Shown here: one piece after another, positions 11,690 through 26,198 of the stretch
How the letters are laid out: each line of letters opens with the position of its first letter
Numbering within the stretch: the first letter of the stretch is position 1
DNA from: Octopus vulgaris
Lineage: Eukaryota
DNA: 64,000 bases
Assembly: GCA_951406725.2 (NCBI GenBank)
Contig: OX597831.1
Location: 46,252,001 to 46,316,000, forward strand
Direction of reading: 5' to 3'
Program-made: the position numbers and the translations under genes
Notes under the pieces: model-generated
Seen by the model: the letters and a program-made list of their open reading frames with translations, nothing else
The model's database searches: none
What the model was told of the DNA's origin: nothing

Positions 11690-14596
11690 AGTTTGTTAGA
11701 AGTCTAACTGAATAAGTTTAGAATAGTATTTTAACAGAAAAATCATTTGGACCAATATAGCGTTTTTTTAATGCGGAATCGTCTAGGCAATTCTGAAGAG
11801 ACTAGTGAAAAAGTTCCAATATTCGGATAAACCTTACGGACTATTTGTATATCTGTAAGCAAAGACAGAAAAAAAGGAAAAGTGAAAGGTTGCTATCGAT
11901 GCCTTATATGGACTTAGGAGTATTTAGATGGACTTGAAATCCAAGTTGTCTAATTTCACAAGGTTTTGACTGTGATAAAGGACCTTTAAATACAGCAATG
12001 GCAGTTGAAAAGACGCAACACAGTAAGAGTAGCAATTGATTTATATGCAGCGAATGTTAAATCTTGTGCCTAGTCCCTCAAACTGCTAGAAACAGAAAAC
12101 AATTTTCTCTCATATAACATCCTAACTCAATAAAGAAAAGGTGGAATGGTTGTGAAGAGAGTGTCGTTGATCAGAGATTTGTTGGATTAGGACTGACCTG
12201 AGGATAAACTATATCTGATTTATATAATATCCCGAGTAAATGTGATTTGATAGATGTTTGAGTGGATAAAATAGTGAGATATATAATTATTAATGTTCTT
12301 TGATCTATGGAGCTCAACACCACCGCCACCAACAATAACAAAAAATGACAAGGAGAGAGAAGAGAGAGATGTATAGAGGGAAAAAAGTGAGAGAGAGAAC
12401 AATATATTACGTTATGTTAGAAAAGATGGTTCAGGAAATACAGCCCCTGAAAAAAAAAAGAAAAGAGAGACAACATGATCATTGGTGAATTGTTTTTGAT
12501 GATGGATTTGTTGGATCAGCTTCGATTACGGAGCTAAGCAAGAAGAAAATCATTAATATTATAAGCGTATACATACCACCAGCAGTATTAGTAGACGTTT
12601 CGTTACTCTTCTCATGCGAGACTCAACACATTTCACAAGTAAATATAATTTTAATACGTCACACATCCTGTTACAATTAAAAGTTAATTAATCTAACCAT
12701 ATAGGGACACCAATATCTCTCATCAAGAAAGCTAACAACAATGTTATCAATGTATATCATTTAAGCGAATTAATTTGCATAAGTCCCTCTGCGCGCACGC
12801 GCGCGCGTGAGAGAGAGAGAGTGAGAGAGCGCGTGCGTATGTGTTGTGCATATGTGTAATGGCGATCACATTATCTGACGGTGGCCATGATGCCGAACGT
12901 CGGGTGGAGCATAGCCCTACACTTGTAAGATTCACACGTTACGAATCTTAGTCTAACTGTACCAAGTACGTCTGCTGCGAGACTAAAAGACAAGAATCTC
13001 TATTAAAATGAAAAGTTGACATGGGAGGAATTTCAACCGTGTTTTCTGCCTGCTACAACAACAGCTCCTTTATAGGAACCAGTTAGCTCAAGACATCATC
13101 AGGAGGAACCACGTCCGGTATCGGCCCCTGCTCCTCTACCGATTTGACGTGGCGCCTCCCCCTTTCGGAGGTGTCTTCATCTCTGGTGTTGGGTGCATGT
13201 CTTCTTTCTTCTGTTCCCTGGCCTCTTCGATGTAGCGTCAACGAGTGTCAGCGGATGACTGACTGTCTTGTCAAATTTCCCTTTAAATACCTGCTGCAAG
13301 ACTCCAGTAGGCAGCCCCAGCAAGTTGTTACGTGACACTGTCTCAACTTTAACTGACCAATGAAGGCGCGTAGTGGACTAAATATTGGGTAAATAATTCC
13401 TTAAGCTATCCACAAACAAGTAACAAAAGCTTTTCAATAGACACATGCACTTTCCTGAAAGCTTGAACCTGGTAGTCAGGCCAGTTGTTGTTGCTGAGAT
13501 GCCATAAACTGCTCACTCAATAGTCATAACAAAGTATACATCATTACGTACGAAGATGGAGGTAACTCTGCGGAAATGAACAAAACAGTACATCCTGCAT
13601 AAACTTAGCTGGTTGAGGAAAAGAACGAAAGCTACAACAATAAAAGGAAGCTTTTAGAGAAATGTAATCCCAACAGCTGATGATGAGGGTTGCATTTAGC
13701 AGAAAAAAGACCTATCTTAAGCCTGGAATGTAGCTAACTGCCAAACCGTAGGTGTTTACATGGTGTTCACATGAACGGAAGTACATTCTACAAAGCTACT
13801 TAAAGCATGTATAAAATGGTTCAGACGATTTCTTTCGCCTCCAATTTTTTTCGCAGTCGATCTTCTTCACAATCATTCACACGTTTAAATACTCTTGTCC
13901 TTCCTTCTGTTATTCTTGAATTCCTACATCTCTCTTCCCATTTCACCCTACATCTTTCTCTTTCTATACTCACAAAAATGCTTTTCTTTTTCAAACTGGA
14001 TGGCCCTCCCTCAAGCAAGCGAAAGGATTCTTCGTACCTCAATCATGAGATATTGCCCCTGAGGAGCTTTTCATTAAATATAGCATTTTAAATTTTACTT
14101 ACCCGACAGATTTTCGTAGGTCTTCATGCAGGCCTTCCGCATCAACCGTCTTTGATGTCTTTCAGCTATAATAGAACTGGGCATAATTTTCTATGCAGCT
14201 TCGTTCAGGGTCTTTCAACCAGCCAAGCTGGAAACAAGTGTAGGTGTTTTAACCATAAAAATATACTCTATGACATTCTAAAATAAAAGGAAATAAGTTT
14301 TGACGATGTACCAGTTTCCATATTTTCTGCTGTTATAATTATTGCTAATATACACTCCAGATGATATTGTCATCCAGTGAAGCGAACATGGAGTTTTCAA
14401 AGTGAATGACAACACCTAGTAGACATGTACGTTAAATACTAATCGATGCGGCTAGCCGTAAACTGGAAGATAACTGAGAGCGACCACGGTATCCGCTCAG
14501 AAAATATATTCCTCTACACTCATTCACTCATTCACTCACTCTCTCTCTCTTTCACACACACACACATACATACTTATATTCTTTACTTTTAATTTC

Positions 14597-14949
14597 CTTT
14601 TACTTGTTTTAGTCAGTTGACTGCAGCCATGCTGGAGCACCGCCTTTACTCGAAGAAATCGACTCCAGGACTTATTTTTTGTAAGCTTAGTATTTCTTCT
14701 ATCGGATCTCTTTGCCGAACCGCTAAGTTACGGGAACGTAAACACGCCAACACCGGTTGTCAAGTGATGGTAGGAGAGACAAACACAGACACAGAAACAC
14801 ACACACACACATATGACTGGCTTCTTTTCAATTTCCGTCTACCAAATCCACTCACAAGGCTTGGGCCGACTCAAGGCTATAGCAGTGACTCGCAGTGGGA
14901 CTGAACCCGGAATCGTGTGGTTGGGAAGCAAGCTTCTTACCATACAGCC
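14597..14949 (-). mobile_element. tRNA-derived SINE of a common octopus-type family; internally deleted copy at ~53195-53338
   Basis: Head GGCTGTATGGTAAGAAGCTTGCTTCCCAACC..GGGTTCAGTCCC, body GTGAGTGGATTTGGTAGACGGAAA, internal (TG)n. Confidence 0.75.
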
Positions 14950-15180
14950 TTTTGATTAGGTTCATGTAGTTATATAGTCTGAAAACGCTTTATTTGTTTA
15001 AATATAATATTCAGATATTCAAAAAACATTGTCTTTTATGGCGAATCCTGTTTGCAATTGCTAAAAAGCAAACAAACAAAGAAAAACTTATTAAATTTTA
15101 AATATTTTAAACCGGCAAGAACTTGTAGTGTTCATTTTAAGTAATATAAAACACCTGTGAATGATCATAAAATGTTCAAT

Positions 15181-15322
15181 TCAAGGAGTTCTGATATTTT
15201 GTCATTCTCATAACTGGAAAATTTTGCGAAATGAAGTCAGCCATTCATTAGAAAACTGTCGACTGAAAAGTCCCTAACTAAGAGCAGAGCTGAGATGAAA
15301 AGAATAGGTTAATAACACTTGG
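15181..15322 (-). pseudogene. Decayed 3' fragment (TM7/helix 8/stop) of an older GPCR paralog
   Basis: Translates as YSFHLSSAL..GLFSRQFSNEWLTSFRKIFQL*E*QNIRTP*, versus YSSYLSSALNPYIYGVFNRQFRNELLALFHNIFQLCKKQNIETH* in copy 1. Confidence 0.85.
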
Positions 15323-15934
15323 ATATGTCGTATGAGGCTACGAAGACAGTGTTTTGATTAATTGAGAAAGATATTTCTTGTATTTTCAGGAGCGTGGGAA
15401 ACCCACAAGGAAGCAGGTGCATCATTGCCAGTAAATACTAGGGACAAGGCCGCAGTTGCCACCCTTGTACCACTGAGGAATTAAACACCAAAATCATCAA
15501 CAGCGAACATTTGGACATCAAGAAAGAAACATTTCATTGCACGTGCAAACAACTTAAATTACGAAGTGCCAAGAATGTCGCCTTGACCTCTATCCCATCT
15601 ATTTAACCTAGGCGAATTTGTGATGTAACTGGAAAATTGCGGATGTGGACAACATAAATAGGAGACATATACTCATTGGATTTCTAAACTGCATACTTAT
15701 GTGCAACTTATACATAGCATATATACAAGATACCAGATATATTGCGAAATGTATTTTATCGACTAATACACGCTCACTACTTGTGAAAGCATAATTAATT
15801 ATACGATACTCAAGTACTTATATCTACAAAATGCGGTGTGGTGCTACATGTTGCATTCAATAGTATACGTTTCAATATTTTTGTATTTTCATATTTCGGT
15901 ACGCGTGAATATTCACGTATTATGCATTTAATCA

Positions 15935-16168
15935 ATACTGAAAGCTAATTATCCCAACATAGCAAGGCTAACGCAAAGGAAATCAGGAAGACAGAAATCA
16001 CTAAATGAGATGATGCCCCAAATGTGTTTATCTACTAATTTTGAAGTCTCGTATAAGCTCGTGTATGCACATGTATTCGCATCAAAATTGGACGCGTTTA
16101 CCAACATCCTAAAAGGCAATTTTTGACATGACACCATTGAAGGCACTGTTATTCCACAAATAAATGTT
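15935..16168. repeat. Diverged paralog of the GPCR downstream flank (2578-2810); also ~36243-36475 and ~54250-54482
   Basis: Shared blocks TGAAAGCTAATTA, TATCTACTAATTTTGAAGTCTCGT, GGACGCG, CATCCTAAAAGGCA and CACAAATAAAT occur in the same order. Confidence 0.8.
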
Positions 16169-16697
16169 CTCTCTCCGTTTTTGAAAATTGTGGTATGCAT
16201 TCAAAATTATTCAAAATTTATCATTTGGTTATAATATTTTTCTTGATAACCCTAAATTTTATCTTTATACAACATAACAATATTGTTTGAAATAATCTCC
16301 TATTGTACCCCATGGTAAAATTTCCTCTGTATTATCATTATTGGTTTTATTAGCGTCTTGCCCCTTTAACTGGTAATTAACATCTTGTTTTGAGATCTTA
16401 CACTAGCCAACCTCATTATAGCCAGTTACTTTATACTACTTCAAAATAATCTTGACAAGTTTTATGACTATACCCATTATGTTCTGTCAACTCTTTCCTG
16501 CCTTTTCCTAATAGACACAATTCTCTAGTTTTAGATTTGATAAACAAGACTAATAAATTAAAACTGAACCAAAATCAGTGACAAACTATGACCCAAACAA
16601 ATTTTTTTTCCTGATGTCTTCTTACTCTATTAGAGTATTTAAGCAAAATTATATTAATATGTCCGACTGATTAAAAAAAAATTCTATTTATTTATTT

Positions 16698-16785
16698 ATG
16701 CAGCTGAGAATAGCCCTGCATTTAATTTGATGTAATGATTGCATTGTTCAATTAAAAGGAGCCGCTTGAAACGGTCGTACTGCAT
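16698..16785 (+). ncRNA. Second, unrelated hammerhead-like motif with variant core; also 37005-37092 and 55012-55099
   Basis: AUGCAG-CUGAGAAU-long hairpin-GAAAC(GGUC)GUA|CUGCAU, with stem I AUGCAG/CUGCAU. Confidence 0.5.
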
Positions 16786-16900
16786 CAGCTCTGGATATCC
16801 TGTTGCTTGTTTGATTTCATTCATTTATTTTGAGGTTGTACGCATAATACCGCACTAATGTTTGGTGCTTCAACTTAAGTACCTAATTTATCTGAATCTC

Positions 16901-17015
<115 letters not shown>

Positions 17016-17764
17016 GTTTTGTTTTTGTTTTTTTAATTGTATTTTTGTATCATATTCGTGTAACATCATCTGCTTTTCCGTCCCTGTTTCGTAGGCATTG
17101 GATGCTTTTTTCCGTGGAATCTAATGCTTTTAGCTTAGTGTTTCCTTGGGGCTGGCAGGATTGGTGCAATTTCAAGACTAATCAGCCGAAATTGCGAGTA
17201 TGATCCGGTTCTTGACTGAAGATAAAAGGCTTCGAATGACCCGTCCGTGTTTTTTTTGTATCGTCTATCTAGATGTTTTGTTGTCCTTTTTTGTATCACC
17301 TAGTTGTCCGGATGTTTTGCGTTCTTGTCCAATTTTGTATTTTATTTGATATATATATATAGCGGGGTACTTACACTTTGTTCTCTTATATGTAAGTACA
17401 CATTTCACTAAATTTTGTACGACTTTTTCAACACTCTCTCCCCCTCTCTCTCACATTTCTTTGCCTTTCTGACTCACTCTGCACTTCGCTATGTCCCTGT
17501 CTCTCTCTTTTTTCTCGCCACTCCTTGATTCTTCCGTCTATCTACCTCTACACACTCTCTCTCTGTCATCTCCCCCTCCTTAATTCCTTTGTTTCTCTTT
17601 TCCTCTCTTTTCTCTTCTCACGTGACCGTTGGCCGACTGCTAGCCCTTTTTGAGTCTGACATCGGTCACATCGATTATCCTTCCCTCTGCCGTAAGGCTT
17701 CATTAGTACACACACAAGCTGAATTCAATTCGTCCCCAGTCGAGAGACGCCTGTTGTTATGTCC

Positions 17765-17766
<2 letters not shown>

Positions 17767-17851
<85 letters not shown>

Positions 17852-17879
17852 TATTATTATTATTATTATTATTGTTATA

Positions 17880-17957
<78 letters not shown>
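17767..17957 (+). repeat. (TTA)n microsatellite
   Basis: Seen directly. Confidence 0.95.
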
Positions 17958-21245
<3,288 letters not shown>

Positions 21246-21249
21246 TTTT

Positions 21250-21711
21250 TTTTTCTTTTTTCAAATTTGCTTCCATTTCTTGCCGAGTGTCTTCCCGACT
21301 CCTAGGGCAAAGAAACTCATAGTATACATTGGTAGGCCAGTAAACCAAACTCAAGAGTTCGTTCATTTTTTTAATTTTTTTTAAAGTTAAATTAAAATAC
21401 ATGAACAGCAACAGTTCTCACATCGACAATGCTCTTCTCAATACGTGTGATGTACCAGTTAAGGCAATCTTTTGCACTTCTTGCAGGGATGGTAAGCCAG
21501 GGATCATTCTCATATAATTTTCGGTTCCCTTCTTGATCATTCCTAGTGCTCCTACGATCACTGGTATTGTAACCGCCTTGAGGTGCCACATTTTCTCAAT
21601 TTCAATGAGTAAGTCTTTATATTTTCTGAGCTTGTCAAACTCTTTCGCTGAGATATTATGATCACAGGGGATGCTCATGTCGATCAATAAGCAAACTTTA
21701 TTGTTTTGGTC

Positions 21712-21712
<1 letters not shown>
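21250..21712 (-). mobile_element. R4/Dong-like LINE 3' fragment flanked by (TAA)n on both sides; the same sequence occurs at 1-69
   Basis: IDMSIPCD..KYKDL.IEI..IPVIVGALG..QKIALTGTSHVLRR. Confidence 0.88.
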
Positions 21713-21773
<61 letters not shown>

Positions 21774-22420
21774 CATTATTATTATAATCATTGCTTTTGC
21801 ATAGCTTCTATCGCTAAAGATGTATTACATTGGCAGCTGTTCACTACCTGTGAACTAAATTAACAAATTTTATATAATTTTCGAGAAACTTTGGGAGTAT
21901 TCGAGCGGTTACAAGCAGTGCTGTTTCCTGCAAGTGTTCCACCCTTATTGCAGCCCCTATTTGTTCCATGTACTTCTCGAGATTTTTACTCACTGTTCCC
22001 AGGGCTCCGACAATTACTGGTACCACTACCACCTTTTTCATCGACCATAACTGCTTTACCTCCCAAGCTTTTCTTTCTTCCTTACCGCATACCTTGTCAT
22101 CAGCTGGGCGTGCTATATCTATGATCCAGCATAGTTTGCTTTCTTTCTCAAGTAAGACTATGGCTGGCTTCCTATTTTCTATCTCATGGTCGCATTGAAT
22201 CATAAAATCCCACAGGATCTTTGCAGAACGATATTTTTGTAGATATCAAAAATGACTTCAAAATGGCGTCGTTTTCGTCTCCGAGTCAAGAAGAGAGGAG
22301 AGAGGAAGATGTTTTGAGGATGAAATCATCTTTGATAGCCAACGTTTTTGAAACAATTTTGCAGACTTTATTAAAAGTATTAGTAGCAGTATCAGTAGTA
22401 ATAACAGCAGCAGCAGCAGC

Positions 22421-22463
<43 letters not shown>

Positions 22464-22465
22464 GC

Positions 22466-22496
<31 letters not shown>

Positions 22497-24725
22497 GCAA
22501 CAACAACAACAACAACAACAACAAGAACAACAACAACAACAACAACATCAACAACACCGATAGGCGCAGCAAGAACAAATGATAGGCCAGACACAGAAGC
22601 TCACAAAATCACCAGCAGTATCAGCAGCAATAGAAGCATCGGCACCATCGGTAGCAACATTCTGGGCGGGACTCTGGGCTCCAATGTGGATCAATGGCTT
22701 GTTCGTTGCAGAGGACTTTCCAACGCGGGACCCATAAACCTTTTACCTTTTACTGGATGAAGGGCATTGCCATTTCGAGATAAACTCTACAAGCATGGAA
22801 GTGCCACGTAACCGGGCCTGGCGAAGCTGCACGTCGAGACACGAAACTATTCTGTATGCATTTGTCCAGTGCCTGAGCATTGCTGACTCTTGGGTTTAAG
22901 TTGAACACTTGTTTCATGTAGGACGAATCCGGCTGTGAAGCAAGTCAATAGTGGGAATCGACGATCTACCTTTCTTTGACAAAAAAGGGCAGTTCATTTT
23001 TCTCTTGCCGGTCTATATAGCAAAAGAAGTGGTGTGGCTTGCTCCTGTGGACGGGTATTTTCCTCTCAAACCCAGATGGAATCTTTACTTCAAAGTCTGT
23101 GGTCCCGACGGGAAAGCCTGCGAGGTTTGAAAAGTATGTAGATAAACTGTATTTAATAAAATAAAAGTGGTATCGAGCCTTTTAAACTTACCAGAAGAAG
23201 GAATAATTTATATACATGTTTGTTCCTTCAAGAGCCATGCCTGGCTCATAAGGGTCGGTTTCCCGGTTTCATTGGCGTATAGGTTCCCCACCTGGACGGG
23301 ACGCCGGTCCGTCGCAGGTGAGCTGCAAGATGCAGGAGAAAAGGGTGAGAGAAAGTTGTGGTGAAAGAGTCAGCAGAAGCTCACCATTACCTTCTACTGG
23401 AGCCGCGTGGTGCTTAGCTGTTTCGCTCATAAACGGTCTGAGATTCGAACCGGCGATCCCTCGACCGCGAGTCCGCTGCTCTAACCACTAGGCCATGTGC
23501 CTCCACAATTTATATACATGCATACTATAATTTGTCATGTCGTTAAAAAAGAGGCAGCGGCAAAGAATCTTTACTAATAATATTTTAGTGGAGAACCACT
23601 GATCGAGATAATTGCCTTTGTTCAGCGTCGGAGAGGCAGGAAAGAGCAGTTCTTGAATAAATTCCACCTTTCTCTCCATTTCTCAGAGACGACATTCCGA
23701 GAGCCATTCAACCATTTAATATTGTTGTCTTCAATTGTGATACTCCTCCCATCCTTCCTTCCTTCTTTCCTTCCTTCCTTGCTAGCTTAATTCCAACCCC
23801 TCTTTCCACATTTCTCCCTGCATCCCACTTTGCATTCTTATTCTTCAAACAATAATTTTCGGTCTTCCAACTGGATACGCAAACTCATTCAAGGGAGATA
23901 ACTCCACGTGCTTGTATTATGAGTTACAAATCGTGCATAATTTATCTTTCTTGTACGTAAGATTTTCCTTTTGTTTTTATTTACTTTCCCGAGATACTCT
24001 TCGTGCGAATCTACCACAGCAGTAAGACTTGATTCCTGTGAGTGTTTTAAACTAAAGTACATAGCATGCTCATTTGATGAGTGTAAGCTCAGAATTATAT
24101 ATATATATTCGTCCTGTCGAAAAGACGCTTGTCTGTGACGTCCTGTTTTTGTTGCTTTTTACGTATTTTTGTATTCTTATTCGTGCTATCACAAATATCA
24201 CAATATTCGTGCGATATTGAAAGCTAATTACCCCAACATTGCAAGGCCAACTCAAGAGAAATTTGATCGAAAGAAATAATTAAATGTGATGATGCCCTAA
24301 TGTGTGTATCTACTAATTTTGAAGTCTCGTGTAAGCACATACAGTTCCATCTGAAATGGAATGCGATTACCAGCATCCTAAAAGGCAGAGCTTGAAAAAT
24401 CGCCTTTGAGAAGATACTATTGAAACAATGTTACTTCACAAATAAATTATATATATGTACATTCAGACACACAGTACTCACCAAAGAGCTTTTAATTAGT
24501 TCAGTGTAGTTACATACTCTGATAGTTTTATTTATTTTAATATAACGCTTAAATGTTTAGGTAAAATTATTTTACATGGTGAATATTTGAAACTGGGAAG
24601 AACTTGCCGTGTTCATTTCGAGTGGTATGTTTCATTTGCGGATAAGCTATAAGGTGACGAATTCAATGAGTTTCGATATTATGTTTTTTACATTGCTGGA
24701 AAATGTTGTGAAATAAAGCAAGTAA

Positions 24726-25748
24726 TTAATTCCGAAACTGCCGATTGAAAACCCCGTAGATATACGGGTTAAGAGCAGAGCTGAGATAAGAAGAATAGAA
24801 TAAAAACTTGTGAATCACTAGATCTTTATCACTTGCAACGTCATCAAAATCTTCAACAAACAACCTCCAGTATACTCCAATGAAATGTGGTATGTAACTG
24901 ATAATCCAGATCAAGGTGATAACGAAGAGTATTAAAGTAGCCCAAGCTGGTGGCACTGGTTCCCTTCTAAGACGCGCAAAAGCGGTAGAACTAATATCTG
25001 TAGACTGACCTTCAGGTTTGGAAATGTTAGGAGTTGTGAAGGCTTCACGAAACTGATTTGCTTTATTTTTCTTCGCTTTGTAAATTTTCCAAATGCGCAT
25101 TCCAATTAATATGTATATAATGAAAAGAATGATAAACATACAACAGCAAACGGTTGATGCAGCAGTGTAATAAGGAAAAAAAATTATTGTGCCATTTATA
25201 TAAGGAGAAAATGCACAAAATCCTCCAATATCGCCACATTGTTCCACCATTTTGTTTTGTGTGCCGGATACAAAAAATGCTGGTGCAGACAAAATGAACG
25301 CGATGATTGTTAAACATGCTAAAATTGTTTTTGAATTCTTAACGGAAATATTTTGCTTAAGGGGTCGACATATGAGAATGTATCTATCGACTGCTATAAC
25401 AAACACAATGAAAGCTGAATTGATTATTGCTGCAGCTATCACACCACGTATCACACGACATGCAACATCACTGTGAAATGTATAGGGAAAACGTAGAACT
25501 ACAATGTCCATAGGTATACATATTATGCAAGTTAGAAAATCACACACCGAGAGTGCTATAATGAACATATGCATGGCTGTCTCATCAAATTTATAATAGT
25601 ATATGTATGATACAAAGCAATTTCCAATTGCTCCAAGTGCCATTGAAATTCCGAGATACGTTATCACTGGAAAATAAACATCCACCATTTTAGTATTTAG
25701 TTCTTCTAAAATAATAACGCAAATGTTGACACTGTTGTTTTGCTCCAT
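24726..25748 (-). CDS. Orphan GPCR copy 2, C-terminally truncated (340 aa); possible pseudogene
   Basis: Same motifs as copy 1. GAA>TAA after FNRQFRN, with the ancestral tail and stop still present down to 24663. One-codon insertion near the N-terminus (ILEEL). Confidence 0.88.
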   Translation of the reverse strand: MEQNNSVNICVIILEELNTKMVDVYFPVITYLGISMALGAIGNCFVSYIYYYKFDETAMHMFIIALSVCDFLTCIICIPMDIVVLRFPYTFHSDVACRVIRGVIAAAIINSAFIVFVIAVDRYILICRPLKQNISVKNSKTILACLTIIAFILSAPAFFVSGTQNKMVEQCGDIGGFCAFSPYINGTIIFFPYYTAASTVCCCMFIILFIIYILIGMRIWKIYKAKKNKANQFREAFTTPNISKPEGQSTDISSTAFARLRREPVPPAWATLILFVITLIWIISYIPHFIGVYWRLFVEDFDDVASDKDLVIHKFLFYSSYLSSALNPYIYGVFNRQFRN

Positions 25749-26047
25749 TTTCTTAATATTGTTTGAAACTTTGAGGAAAGTGTTATGATTTGCGATTGTA
25801 GACCTCGTACTTCCTGGAAAGACAAAGAAAAGTTGTTTGTAAACAGTTTATTCCAACAGACTTTATGAAAAATTCTGCTTTACATCGAGAGTTAAGTTAA
25901 CAGATTTTACAGTTCTATATTTAAGAGATGTGGAATTATGTACATTATTTACATTTGACGGATATCAGTCAAGATAGCATAAGAAAACATTAGATTTATA
26001 AGCCCTAAAATTCACTCCATAATTACCCGCGGACATATGGCGTAGTT

Positions 26048-26093
26048 AACACAACATTTCGGCTGATATACCCTCCAGCCTTCATCAGGTGTC
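26048..26093 (-). ncRNA. Hammerhead motif, unit 2, helix III variant (GAAAUGUU)
   Basis: Same as 4408-4453 except a C>U change that breaks the AACGUU palindrome. Confidence 0.6.
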
Positions 26094-26125
26094 TCGGGGA
26101 AATTTCGATGTTATTATTATTATCC

Positions 26126-26198
26126 AGGTCACTGTCTGGAGTCGAACTCGGAATCTTGGGGTTAGTAGCCCGCACACTTATCCACTACGCCATATGCC
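26126..26198 (-). other. tRNA-like Pol III A/B-box module inside the Penelope terminal region (B box damaged at ~4486-4550 and ~61823-61889)
   Basis: TGGCGTAGTGG (A box), GCGGG-CTACTAA-CCC anticodon-like arm, GAGTTCGACTCC (B box). Confidence 0.6.

Noticed and set aside
26126-26198. Functional tRNA gene
   Set aside because: Acceptor and anticodon stems pair poorly and the sequence is embedded in a transposon. Treated as tRNA-derived only.
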